From positions 9,424,001-9,488,000 of the forward strand of contig OX597815.1 in the NCBI GenBank assembly GCA_951406725.2: 64,000 nucleotides of DNA, given 5' to 3'. A program made the translations under genes and the position numbers. Under the pieces are notes generated by a model that made no database searches, had not been told where the DNA came from, and saw only the letters and a list, made by a program, of their open reading frames with translations. This DNA is from Octopus vulgaris (lineage: Eukaryota). Within the stretch, counting starts at the first letter, position 1, and each line of letters begins with the position of its first letter. Positions 14,178 through 25,739 of this stretch are shown piece by piece.

Positions 14178-14337
14178 GGATGAATTTTGTCAGTGAACAG
14201 GTCGCGGTCTCGAAGCGACGAAAATATTTTGACAAATTAAATTTAAATTTTGAAGTGAATCCAACGGTTTTCGTGTGTTTCTTAAATGGCTTATAAACAC
14301 CTTCCACGCTGCAATTGAATATTTTTAGATTTCTTAG
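14178..14337 (+). mobile_element. Short dispersed repeat, probable PLE terminal fragment with a hammerhead-like fold; second copy at ~36915-37060
   Basis: gaattttgtcagtgaacag...gcgacga and aatggcttataaacaccttccacgctgcaattg are shared with ~36915-37000. Confidence 0.5.
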
Positions 14338-14688
14338 TAGTGGCATAATTTACAAATCTGCATTATTCGATTATCAATACATTTTTACATCTGTAGGCAG
14401 AGTTCAGTCAGTGTAGAAATAATGTTATAGATCCTTTAATGACAGCATAATTTACCTTGCTTACAACGCTTAGAGTATTCTTCATTATTCGAATAAACTT
14501 GAAAATCAAAACAAAAAACAACGACAATAATTATTCGTAGAGACGTGATATAGGACACGAGACGAAGCTTACGAAATTATAATAGATAATTAACAGTGAT
14601 TAATTAGTGAATGCTAAGAAAGAAACAAATGGAGTGTGGCGGAACAGAAGGTGATTTCTGTGTTTCATATTTATAGAAAGAGTAGTGC

Positions 14689-14745
<57 letters not shown>

Positions 14746-14765
14746 TATTCTTTTATTCCTTTATT

Positions 14766-14931
14766 TGTTTACTTGTTTCAGTCGTTAGACTGCGGCCATG
14801 CTGGAGCACCGCCTTTTCGGTTTGTAAACCTAGTACTTATTCTATCGGTTTTTTTTTGCCAAACCGTTAAGTGACGGGGACGTAAACACACCAGCATCGG
14901 TTGTCAAACGATGTTTGTGTGGGAGGGGGAA

Positions 14932-14966
<35 letters not shown>

Positions 14967-15050
14967 ACATATATATATATATATATATGCAAATAAAGAC
15001 GGGCTTCTTTCAGTTTCTGGCTGCCAAATCCACTCACAAGGCTTTGGTCC
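14766..15050 (-). mobile_element. SINE A, 5'-truncated and diverged
   Basis: Matches the family A body. Confidence 0.8.
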
Positions 15051-15221
15051 TACCGACTGTATGTACACCACACGCTTCACATATACAAAGGCATGTGTAT
15101 AATGTTGGCGTCTCTATATGCATTTATTTAAGTATGTCATATACATGTACGTATGTATGTATGTATGTATGTATGTATGTATGTATGTATGTATGTATGT
15201 ATGTATGTATGTATGTATGTA

Positions 15222-15640
15222 GGCGCAGGAGTGGCTGTGTGGTAAGTACATTGCTAACCAACCACATGATTTCGGGTTCAGTCCCATTGCGTGGCATCTT
15301 GGGCAAGTGTCTTCTGCTATAGCCCCGGGCTGACCAATGCCTTGTGAGTGGATTTGGTAGACGGAAACTGAAAGAAGCCTGTCGTATATATGTATATATA
15401 TATATGTATGTGTGTGTGTGTTTGTGTGTCTGTGTTTGTCCCCCTAGCATTGCTTGACAACCGATGCTGGTGTGTTTACGTCCCCGTCACTTAGCGGTTC
15501 GGCAAAAGAGACCGATAGAATAAGTACTGGGCTTACAAAGAATAAGTCCCGGGATCGATTTGCTCGACTAAAGGCGGTGCTCCAGCATTGCCGCAGTCAA
15601 ATGACTGAAACAAGTAAAAGAGTAAAAGAGTAAAAGAGTA
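15222..15640 (+). mobile_element. SINE family A, full length
   Basis: Near-identical to 7764-8175. Confidence 0.9.
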
Positions 15641-16043
15641 TGTATGTCTCTTTTGTATTTGATCATTTAAATTCTTCCTACAAAGCTTCATCTTTGGAAT
15701 GTAGACAACGAAAACAATGTCACATCTTAAACCTGAGAAAAGTCTTGCATAGTACTACAGTTCCCCTTACAGATTGTATTTTGTAATGTGCGAATCAGCT
15801 GGTTAATTTGTTTTTCATGAAAATCTAAGCTTATCTAGACTGACAGTTAGGCATTTATTTACAAATCCAAGTGCTCCAGTACAAATTTACATGTATATTG
15901 GTATACATGTAAATTTGTCATCCAGATATGGAAGCTGGAGGTTACAAAGCAGATGTCCATAGTTGCCTTCTTTCTCTTTGATTTTCAAAGAGATATTCAC
16001 ATCAACAGGACAGGTGACCTCTATGACGGTACAATATCAACAA

Positions 16044-16516
16044 TATTCCTGGTGTCTGGGGAGAGTCATTTTCTCTTTGTGCCTTATAATGTAACACACT
16101 CGCTGGTAAAATTTCCACTTATTTCGTATTTTTATTTTCCTAAACTTTTCGTTGCGTCTTGCGGATCCGTGGAATAAGCTGCCGGACGAGATAGTGAAGA
16201 TGCCAGCGACCGCTCGGTTCAAAGTCTCTCTTGACCAGAAATGGCCTGAACTCTTTGCATGAACATCCTCCCTGTACATAACTCCTTGTCCCCTTTGCTT
16301 TTTGATTTTTGAGCCAAAAAATTAACTTAACTTTTCAATAAATAAAAAAAACATTTTTAATAAATTTTTTAAATAAATAAAAATAAGAAAAAAGTGGAAA
16401 TTTTACCGGTGTGTGTGTTATATTATAAGGCACAGAAAGAAAATGACTCTCCCCAGATACAACAGAATATGCTTCAACACACGAACTCATATAAAGAATC
16501 TTGCAAACCAAATCCA
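16044..16516. mobile_element. Inverted-arm repeat (~90-bp arms plus a one-sided tail) containing a CR1 fragment; second copy at 63739-64000
   Basis: gtctggggagagtcattttc...aaatttccactt versus aagtggaaattttacc...aaaatgactctccccaga. Confidence 0.7.
16163..16300 (+). mobile_element. CR1-type LINE extreme 3' end
   Basis: Translates DPWNKLPDEIVKMPATARFKVSLDQKWPELFA*, matching the WNxLP...FK..LD CR1 C-terminal signature. Confidence 0.7.
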
Positions 16517-17150
16517 AAAACGAAATATTCCTTGTATTTTACTCTTAAGAGTTTACAAATATTTTAGCTGCATTTCGTATAATTTATTGCTTTTCATCAA
16601 TATTTTACTTTCACTGAATTGTCTCACAAATACAAAGGAGACTCTCCTTATTTACTGAGTCAGAGTTGCACTCAGTGCTGTCTCATAGCAAACATTTATC
16701 TTTATGGTACCTCGTAATCCTCGAATGCCTACTCTATCACATGATCTGAACTTGTTAATGGGGATGGATTTTACACACCATCAAATTACAATCAGTCTTA
16801 TTTAGGAGCATTGAATGCCTCACCACATGGCATAATCGGATTCGACCGATCGAAAGCACTATTTGCGTCTTGCCAGAAATAATTACTAATCTGCTGATGC
16901 ACACTTACTCCCACGCACGCACGTACTCTTTCTCACACACAAACATGCTCAAACTCACATACTCGCACACACATTTTCACGCACACGCACACACACACAC
17001 ACTTGAGCACGGGGATACACACACTCATATTCCTCTGATTAAGTTTACCGCCGTGTACAAGCTTCAGCGGTGGCCATGTTGTAAAAATATGAACAAGTCT
17101 GATTATACAATAGTCTGTGTTTCTCAGTAATTTCTTATTCGTCAACTACA

Positions 17151-17300
17151 AGGCGTATGAGTGGCTGGCTGTGTGGTAAGTAGCTTGCTTACCAACCACA
17201 TTGGTTCCGGGTTCAGTCCCATTGCGTGGCACCTTGGGCACTTGTCTTCTACAATAGCCTCGGGCCAACCAAAGCTTGAAAGAAGCCCGATGTATATATG

Positions 17301-17351
<51 letters not shown>

Positions 17352-17570
17352 TTATTTGTGTGTCTGTATTTGTCCCCCCCCAACATCGCTTGACAACAGA
17401 TGCTGGTGTGTTTACGTCCCCGTAACTTAGCGGTTCGGCAAAAATGAAACCGATAGAATAAGTACTAGGCCTACAAAGAATAAGTCCTGGGGTCGATTTG
17501 TTCGTCTAAAGGCGGTGCTCCAGCATGGCCGCAGTCAAATGACTGAAACAAGTAAAAGCGTAAAAGAGTA
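17151..17570 (+). mobile_element. SINE family A variant with an internal deletion
   Basis: Head, CORE-like motif and tail match family A. Confidence 0.85.
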
Positions 17571-17848
17571 CTATGATCACCAGGCAGAAAGCTCTTCTGT
17601 CTCCCCATATGTGTGTGTATGAATGAATCTGTGTGTGTATGTGTGTGTGTGTATGTGTGTGTGTGTGCGTGTGTGTATTTGGATGCGTCTGTACATATAT
17701 GTACAAGTGGGTGCCCATATATATGTGTGTATACGTGCATTTGTATCTGCGTGGCTGTGTGTAGGCAAATATCTTTGTAAGTCTTTCCGCACATGTGCAC
17801 GTCCGCTTGTTTTTCTCTATGTTTGTATTTGTCTGCATGCGTGGCGAG

Positions 17849-20075
17849 GGATAGAGAGATAGAGAGATAGAGAGATAGAGAGATAGAGAGAAAGAGAGAA
17901 AGAGAGATAGAGAGATAGAGAGATAGAGATATAGAGAGAGAGAGAGATAGAGAGAGAGAGATAGAGAGAGAGAGAGATAGAGAGATAGAGAGATAGAGAG
18001 AGAGATAGAGAGATAGAGAGATAGAGAGATAGAGAGATAGAGAGATAGAGAGATAGAGAGATAGAGAGATAGAGAGATAGAGAGAAAGAGAGATAGAGAG
18101 ATAGAGAGATAGAGAGATAGAGAGATAGAGAGAAAGAGAGATAGAGAGATAGAGAGATAGAGAGATAGAGAGAAAGAGAGAGAGATAGAGAGAAAGAGAT
18201 AGAGAGATAGAAAGAGAGATAGAGAGATAGAGAGATAGAGAGATAGAGAGAAAGAGAGATAGAGAGAACGAGAGATAGAGAAAGAGAGAAATGAGATAGA
18301 GTCTTTTTGTTTGAGTGTAGAGAGATAGAGAGATAGAGAGATAGAGAGAAAGAGAGAGAGATAGAGAGAAAGAGATAGAGAGATAGAGAGATAAAGAGAT
18401 AGAGATAAAGAGAGATAGAGAGATAGAGAGAGAGAGAGATAGAGAGAAAGAGAGATAGAGAGAAAGAGAGATAGAGAGATAGAGAGATAGAGAGAGAGAT
18501 AGAGAGAAAGAGAGATAGAGAGATAGAGAGAAAGAGATAGAGAGATAGAGAGATAAAGAGATAGAGAGAAAGAGAGATAGAGAGATAGAGAGATAGAGAG
18601 ATAGAGAGAAAAGAGATAGAGAGAAAGAGAGAGAGAGAGATAGAGAGATAGAGAGAGAGATAGAGAGAAAGAGAGATAGAGAGATAGAGAGAAAGAGATA
18701 GAGAGATAGAGAGATAAAGAGATAGAGAGAAAGAGAGATAGAGAGATAGAGAGATAGAGAGATAGAGAGAAAGAGAGATAGAGAGAAAGAGAGATAGAGA
18801 GAAAGAGAGATAGAGAGATAGAGAGATAGAGAGAGATAGAGAGAAAGAGAGATAGAGAGATAGAGAGAAAGCGATAGAGAGATAGAGAGATAAAGAGATA
18901 GAGAGAAAGAGAGATAGAGAGATAGAGAGATAGAGAGATAGAGAGAAAGAGAGATAGAGAGATAGAGAGATAGAGAGAAAGAGAGATAGAGAGAAAGAGA
19001 GATAGAGAGATAGAGAGATAGAGAGAAAGAGAGATAGAGAGATAGAGAGATAGAGAGATAGAGAGAAAGAGAGATAGAGAGAAAGAGAGATAGAGAGAAA
19101 GAGAGATAGAGAGATAGAGAGAAAGAGAGATAGAGAGATAGAGAGATAGAGAGATAGAGAGAAAGAGAGAAAGAGAGATAGAGAGAAAGAGAGATAGAGA
19201 GATAGAGAGAAAGAGAGATAGAGAGAAAGAGAGATAGAGAGATAGAGAGATAGAGAGAAAGAGAGATAGAGAGAAAGAGAGAAAGAGAGATAGAGAGAAA
19301 GAGAGATAGAGAGATAGAGAGATAGAGAGAAAGAGAGATAGAGAGATAGAGAGAAAGAGAGATAGAGAGATAGAGAGAAAGAGAGATAGAGAGATAGAGA
19401 GATAGAGAGAAAGAGAGATAGAGAGAAAGAGAGATAGAGAGAAAGAGAGATAGAGAGATAGAGAGATAGAGAGAAAGAGAGATAGAGAGATAGAGAGAAA
19501 GAGAGATAGAGAGAAAGAGAGATAGAGAGATAGAGAGAAAGAGAGATAGAGAGAAAGAGAGATAGAGAGATAGAGAGATAGAGAGAAAGAGAGATAGAGA
19601 GAAAGAGAGATAGAGAGAAAGAGAGATAGAGAGATAGAGGGATAGAGAGATAGAGAGAAAGAGAGATAGAGAGATAGAAAGAGGGAGAGAAAGAGAGATA
19701 GAGAGATAGAGAGAAAGAGAGATAGAGAGAAAGAGAGATAGAGAGATAGAGAGATAGAGAGATAGAGAGAAAGAGAGATAGAGAGAAAGAGAGATAGAGA
19801 GATAGAGAGAAAGAGAGATAGAGAGATAGAGAGATAGAGAGATAGAGAGAAAGAGAGATAGAGAGAAAGAGAGATAGAGAGAAAGAGAGATAGAGAGAAA
19901 GAGAGATAGAGAGATAGAGAGATAGAGAGAAAGAGAGATAGAGAGATAGAGAGAAAGAGAGATAGAGAGAAAGAGAGATAGAGAGATAGAGAGATAGAGA
20001 GAAAGAGAGATAGAGAGATAGAGAGATAGAGAGATAGTGAGAAAGAGAGATAGAGAGAAAGAGAGAGGGAGATGG
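17849..20075. repeat. 2.2-kb (GAGAGATA/GAGAGAAA)n purine-rich octamer satellite
   Basis: Direct inspection. Confidence 0.95.
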
Positions 20076-20187
20076 GAGAGAATGTCTGTGTCTGTGGAAC
20101 GAAAGTGGGAGTAAACGAGAAATGTATATATTATGTCTTTTTGTTTGAGTGTGTGTGTGTGTGTGTGTGTTTGTATGTATGCTGACG

Positions 20188-20200
20188 GTTGCCTGGCAAC
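20188..20200. promoter_or_regulatory. Palindromic RFX X-box-like motif
   Basis: GTTGCCTGGCAAC matches GTNRCC(N0-3)RGYAAC, in non-repetitive DNA; function unproven. Confidence 0.2.
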
Positions 20201-20458
20201 AACTCCTACTTAGTGGTCAACGTAATGCCAATGTCCTGTGGTGTGACCCCAAGAAGAAGAAGCTTGACAAATACAAAATATAACAGAAAAATAGAATCTA
20301 ATGAAAAACAGGAAGTGGAAAACAGAGACAAAAAAAAAATAATAAAACGTAAAAATATAAAAAGAAAATAAACCATTTTTTTTTTATCTGAAAATGAAAC
20401 ACACAACCAATATGGTATGCTAGCAGCTTATAACATAACATCTTCATGGACACTTCTA

Positions 20459-20519
20459 CGTCATCATCATCATCGACGTCGTCGTCATCATCACCATCAC
20501 CACCACCACCACCACCACC

Positions 20520-20552
<33 letters not shown>

Positions 20553-20780
20553 GTCATCGTCATCGTCGTGGTCATCATCATCATCATCATCATCGTCGTC
20601 GTCATCATCATCATCATCATCATCATCGTCATCATCGTCGTCGTCATCATCATCACCATCACCACCATCACCACCACCACCATCATCATCATCATCGTCA
20701 TCGTCATCGTCATCATCACCATCATCATCATAATCACCATCACCATCATCATCATAATCACCATCCCCATCATCATCATC

Positions 20781-20820
<40 letters not shown>

Positions 20821-20828
20821 CCATCACC

Positions 20829-20861
<33 letters not shown>

Positions 20862-20924
20862 GTCATCGTCATCGTCATCATCACCATCATCATCATAATC
20901 ACCATCACCATCATCATCATCATC

Positions 20925-20955
<31 letters not shown>

Positions 20956-20979
20956 TCACCACCACCACCATCATCATCG

Positions 20980-21023
<44 letters not shown>

Positions 21024-21024
21024 G

Positions 21025-21060
<36 letters not shown>

Positions 21061-21090
21061 CCACCACCATCGTCGGCATCATCATCATCG

Positions 21091-21149
<59 letters not shown>

Positions 21150-21227
21150 GTCATCATCATCATCATCGTCATCATCATCATCATCATCATCATCGTCGTC
21201 ATCATCATCATCATCGTCATCATCATC

Positions 21228-21259
<32 letters not shown>

Positions 21260-21340
21260 CATCGTCGTCGTCATCATCGTCGTCGCCGTCGTCGCCGACG
21301 TGGCTCTCATCACCGCCGTCGTCGTCGTTCCTTTCGTTAT
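20459..21340. repeat. (CAT/CAC/CGT)n trinucleotide tract
   Basis: Direct inspection; source of the poly-His, poly-Met and poly-Ile pseudo-ORFs. Confidence 0.95.
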
Positions 21341-21636
21341 CATAAGTGAATTTGCAGAATCGCTAGAGGAAAATGCTTGGTAATATTTATTCCATCTCCC
21401 TGCATTCTGAAATGAAATCCTGCAGAGCTTAACTTTATTTTTCAACCTCTCGTGATCGATAAATAACGTCTGAGCCAAGAACGGTGTGTTGGCAAAATCG
21501 TTAAAGTATTTATTCCAGCCTTAAACTCGAATCCTACCACAACTCATTTGTGTGATAGACTTCATCTATCACCGAGTTTAACGCCACCACGTAGTTCTAA
21601 TCCTGAGTACCTTTTAATACCAATGCTTTCGATACC

Positions 21637-22730
21637 TATTTCTTTACTACCCACAAGGGGCTAAACACAGAGGGCACAAACAAGGACCGACATAGGTATT
21701 AAGTCGATTACATCGACCCCAGTGCGTAACTGCTACGTAATTTATCGACCCCGAAAGGATGAAAGGCAAAGTCGACCTCGGCGGAATTTGAACTCAGAAC
21801 GTAACGACAGACGAAATACCTATTTCTTTATTACCCACAAGGGGCTAAACACAGAGGGCACAAACAAGGACAGACATAGGTATTAAGTCGATTACATCGA
21901 CCCCAGTGCGTAACTGGTACTTAATTTATCGACCCCGAAAGGATGAAAGGCAAAGTCGACCTCGGCGGAATTTGAACTCAGAACGTAGCGGCAGACGAAA
22001 TACCGCTAAGCATTTCGCCGGGCGTGCTAACGATTCTGCCAGCTCGTCGCCTTCATACCTTTAATACCTATTTCTTTACTACCCTCAAGGGGCTAAACAC
22101 AGAGGGGACAAACAAGGACAGACACAGGTATTAAGTCGATTATATCGACACCAGTGCGTAAATGGTACTTAATTTATCGACCCCGAAAGGATGAAAGGCA
22201 AAGTCGACCTCGGCGGAATTTGAACTCAGAACGTAACGGCAGACGAAATACCTATTTCTTTATTACCCACAAGGGGCTAAACACAGAGGGCACAAACAAG
22301 GACAGACATAGGTATTAAGTCGATTACATCGACCCCAGTGCGTAACTGGTACTTAATTTATCGACCCCGAAAGGATGAAAGGCAAAGTCGACCTCGGCGG
22401 AATTTGAACTCAGAACGTAACGCAGACGAAATACCGCCAAGCATTTCGCCCAGCGTGCTGATGATTCTGCCAGCTCGTCGCCTTCATACCTTTAATACCT
22501 ATTTCTTTACTACCCTCAAGGGGCTAAACACAGAGGGGACAAACAAGGACAGACACAGGTATTAAGTCGATTATATCGACACCAGTGCGTAAATGGTACT
22601 TAATTTATCGACCCCGAAAGGATGAAAGGCAAAGTCGACCTCGGCGGAATTTGAACTCAGAACGTAGCGGCAGACGAAATAGCGCTAAGCATTTCGCCTG
22701 GCGTGCTAACGTTTCTGCCAGCTCGCCGCC
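21637..22730 (-). mobile_element. SINE family B compound array: five bodies, three heads
   Basis: Bodies start at 21637, 21821, 22069, 22253 and 22500; heads end at 22051, 22482 and 22730. Confidence 0.9.
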
Positions 22731-23069
22731 TTATTTAGTACCGAGTTTAGTACCACCACGTGATTCTAATCCTGAGTGCCTTTCATACCAATGCCTTCGG
22801 TACCACTCTGCTGTAAACATTCAAACTACGTCTTTGGTTTGAGGATACCGTTTTCTCCCCCCCCCCCCCGCCGAACAGCTCTGCTTTTCAGTCATTAGGA
22901 GACTAACTTGCTGTTTGTTCTCGCACACAGGGAGTCTCTACCCGGTCAACCAATCTGCTACAATACACAGCCAAATTTCCGTAAGTCACATACTTAAGAA
23001 GATACGTGAGATAATATAATCCTGGATTTGCTGTACATTGGAAAAAGCAAAAACAATCACAGGTCCTCT

Positions 23070-23330
23070 TTTAGGATACCGGAATGGTGCAACATTACGT
23101 CTCTGAGTAGCATGTATAGCACTTAAAAGAGGAGGGAATCTCATACGTAATTAAACAGATATTCCTTGAACAACAGGGAACCTATATAAATGGGAACAAA
23201 CGATGTAAGCTTTGCTTGGCAGAGAGAACAAGACTCCTAAAAAATTCACTCGACCGGGGACATTTTTAAACTCCAGGAAAGAAGTATTTAGTCAATGCCC
23301 ACATCTAAAACGTTTCCTACTACAAGCCTG
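23070..23330 (+). mobile_element. Degenerate PLE GIY-YIG C-terminus, same type as 47454-48017
   Basis: Frames give HLKEEGISYVIK, TYINGNKRCKLCLAER and FLNSRKEVFSQCPHLKRFLL, aligning with SLRDKGVDYNIQ, PYTNGSGRCGLCDMER and LNTRTELFGSCPHVTKFLL. Confidence 0.75.
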
Positions 23331-23658
23331 GAATTCCCCTTTCATCGAATGGGCTCGCCGTAGCTTCATCGAATATCACCACCGCTGGAGACGATGTAAG
23401 AGGGATAAGCTCATCTCGCCCGCGGTACTTCCCTCAAGGACAAATATATTTTTGTTTACAAAACTAACCGACCATGACGTATTTTCCCCTCCGTTTGCAC
23501 CTATATGGCTAAGCGTTTCATAGGTGTGAAACCAATGGTCACTCAATGACCGGCCATAACAATTGACTTCCTAGTCTAATTACTAAATTACTAGTCTAAT
23601 GTTTTAGAGGATGCTTCTTTTTCAAATATATTAACTACTGACGATTTATATATATATA

Positions 23659-23889
23659 TATTTCTTTACTACCCACAAGGGGCTAAACACAGAGGGGACA
23701 AACAAGGACAGACAAAGGGATTAAGTCGACTACATCGACCCCAGTGCGTAACTGGTACTTAATTTATCGACCCCGAAAGGATGAAAGGCAAAGTCGACCT
23801 CGGCGGAATTTGAACTCGGAACGTAACGACAGACGAAATACGGCTACGAATTTCGCCCGGCGTGCTAACGTTTCTACCAGCTCGCCGCC
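23659..23889 (-). mobile_element. SINE family B monomer
   Basis: Complete head plus body. Confidence 0.9.
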
Positions 23890-23916
23890 TTGACATATAT
23901 ATATATGTGTGTGTGT

Positions 23917-23971
<55 letters not shown>

Positions 23972-23984
23972 GAACCGTTAATCC

Positions 23985-24145
23985 ATACATTTTTCTCTTT
24001 CGTTTCTTCCCTCTCAATCCTTTATGTCGAAGAGCTTAAGCTTGAAACGTCAAAGACTTTTCCATTCTTCCTGAGCGTTAAACTAACACACATGCTTGTT
24101 GTTCCTTCGCCTGTCTTCGTCTTTTGTTTTTTGCAAATTTGAACT
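23985..24145 (+). mobile_element. Short dispersed repeat, probable PLE terminal fragment; inverse copy at 57098-57296
   Basis: gaagagc..gc..gaaacg.aaagactttt...cctgagcgtta...cctgtcttcgtcttttgtttt is shared. Confidence 0.55.
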
Positions 24146-24329
24146 GTGTGTGTGTGTGTGAGTGCGTGCGTGCATTCGTGTGTATGTGTGTATGTGTGTG
24201 TGCATGTGTGTAATGCTATAATGAAAAACACAAATCTTATATTATCTTTACTTCCACCCAACCCCATCTAACGTTAAGTCATATGTCAATAAGCAACAGA
24301 CTATTCGAGTCTGCCCCGGATGCACATGG

Positions 24330-25725
24330 AGAGACAAATCCAAATGTCTTGTAGGACATTTAGATGTCTTTGTTATCAAAAGAAGTTGCAAAACCTATGA
24401 TCTCACATCGTTTATTTTGTCCTCATATCCAGTCTTCTTGCTTCAGTAGTATTATCAATCTTCCTGGGGAAACTCCACAAGATCTTCTAATTCTAATTTT
24501 CTATCACAAACTCTGGTTCGTGTTCATACCACTTTTCTGTTGTTTTGAAACCACACATTCGGCTAATATCGCAACACACTCTTTTGCCTATACAGTCATG
24601 CTTGCGCTCAAACTCGTTCTGTCCTAATACACTGCACTCATTCAAAATGTGATTGATACTCTCGTCTCCTTTCTGCAGATTCTGCGTTTGCTGTCTGGCT
24701 GGATTTTATCGGTTTTGTTCTAAAGGCTTCTTCTTGAGCAGCTATAATTATCGTTTCTGTCTCTCGTTTCAAGTTCCCGTCCGTCAACTAGAACCAGCGA
24801 TCTTTACTTCCAACATTCTCCCAATTTGTTGCATGAACTGGCTGTTCCATTTCTTCCCATCTATTTGCTCTGTTGTTCTTTCTTTTTTCTCTTTGAATTC
24901 CCCCACTGTTTCAGTCACTATTTGGATGTCTCTGACTGCCGATAATATTTTCCTTTAATATTTACTATGCACAACATAATTTTTCAGACCCACTGTCGCA
25001 GTATTAACAGTGTCTTCCGCGTTTATTAAACCTCTACAACCTTCCTTTCTTGTTATGTAGAATCGGTCGATATCGCTTTTAGGATGGAATAGGTTGTGCA
25101 TTGTGAGCAGCTTTCCAGTTCTTCTGTACGAGCTCTGTAGCAAGACCTTTGCCCATTGCAAAAAGGGAGCATGTATCTAAGCCCATATATTTATGGCTTT
25201 AAGATGTTCCCGGCATTTAATTTTGTATCGAACACTTTCCTAATTCTCCTCGTAACTTTCTCATTTCTCCTTTCATTATCCTATCGTCTTGCAGCACTCT
25301 GAGATATTTGTAACCTACATTATTCTACAGTGATCTAATGTTGTCGGTTTGTGGTAATTTTATGCTATCAGAGTCTACCTTCCGGTCTCTCTTCATAATT
25401 AGCTCGGCGCATTTGTTTACCGCACACTGCATTCCAATATATTTTACTGAATACTCTCACTCTTTGTCTAATTTTTTATGTAAAGCTTAAAGTCATCCAT
25501 GTAAAGTAGGTGATTTATTCTTATCTTGGATTTGGCAAAATCATAGGCAGACCTGAATCTTCTTAGTATCCTTGTCAGCAGGATTAGCGCAATGAAGATG
25601 ATTAATGAAGAGAGTGTGTCTCTCTGGAAAATGCCCTTGCATATTTTCACGTTGTTTAGCGATTCATTTGCATATGTCAGATCTACTTCACATTCTCTCA
25701 TTGCTTTCCTAGTCCAACAGTTGTT
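24330..25725 (-). mobile_element. Degenerate R4/Dong-type LINE (RT C-terminal half, CCHC knuckle)
   Basis: KGIFQRDTLS, INHLLYMDDFKLY, HPKSDIDRFYITRKEGCRGL, and a CRICR...SINHILNEC knuckle near 24630-24690. Confidence 0.85.
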
Positions 25726-25739
25726 ATTTTATAATAGTT

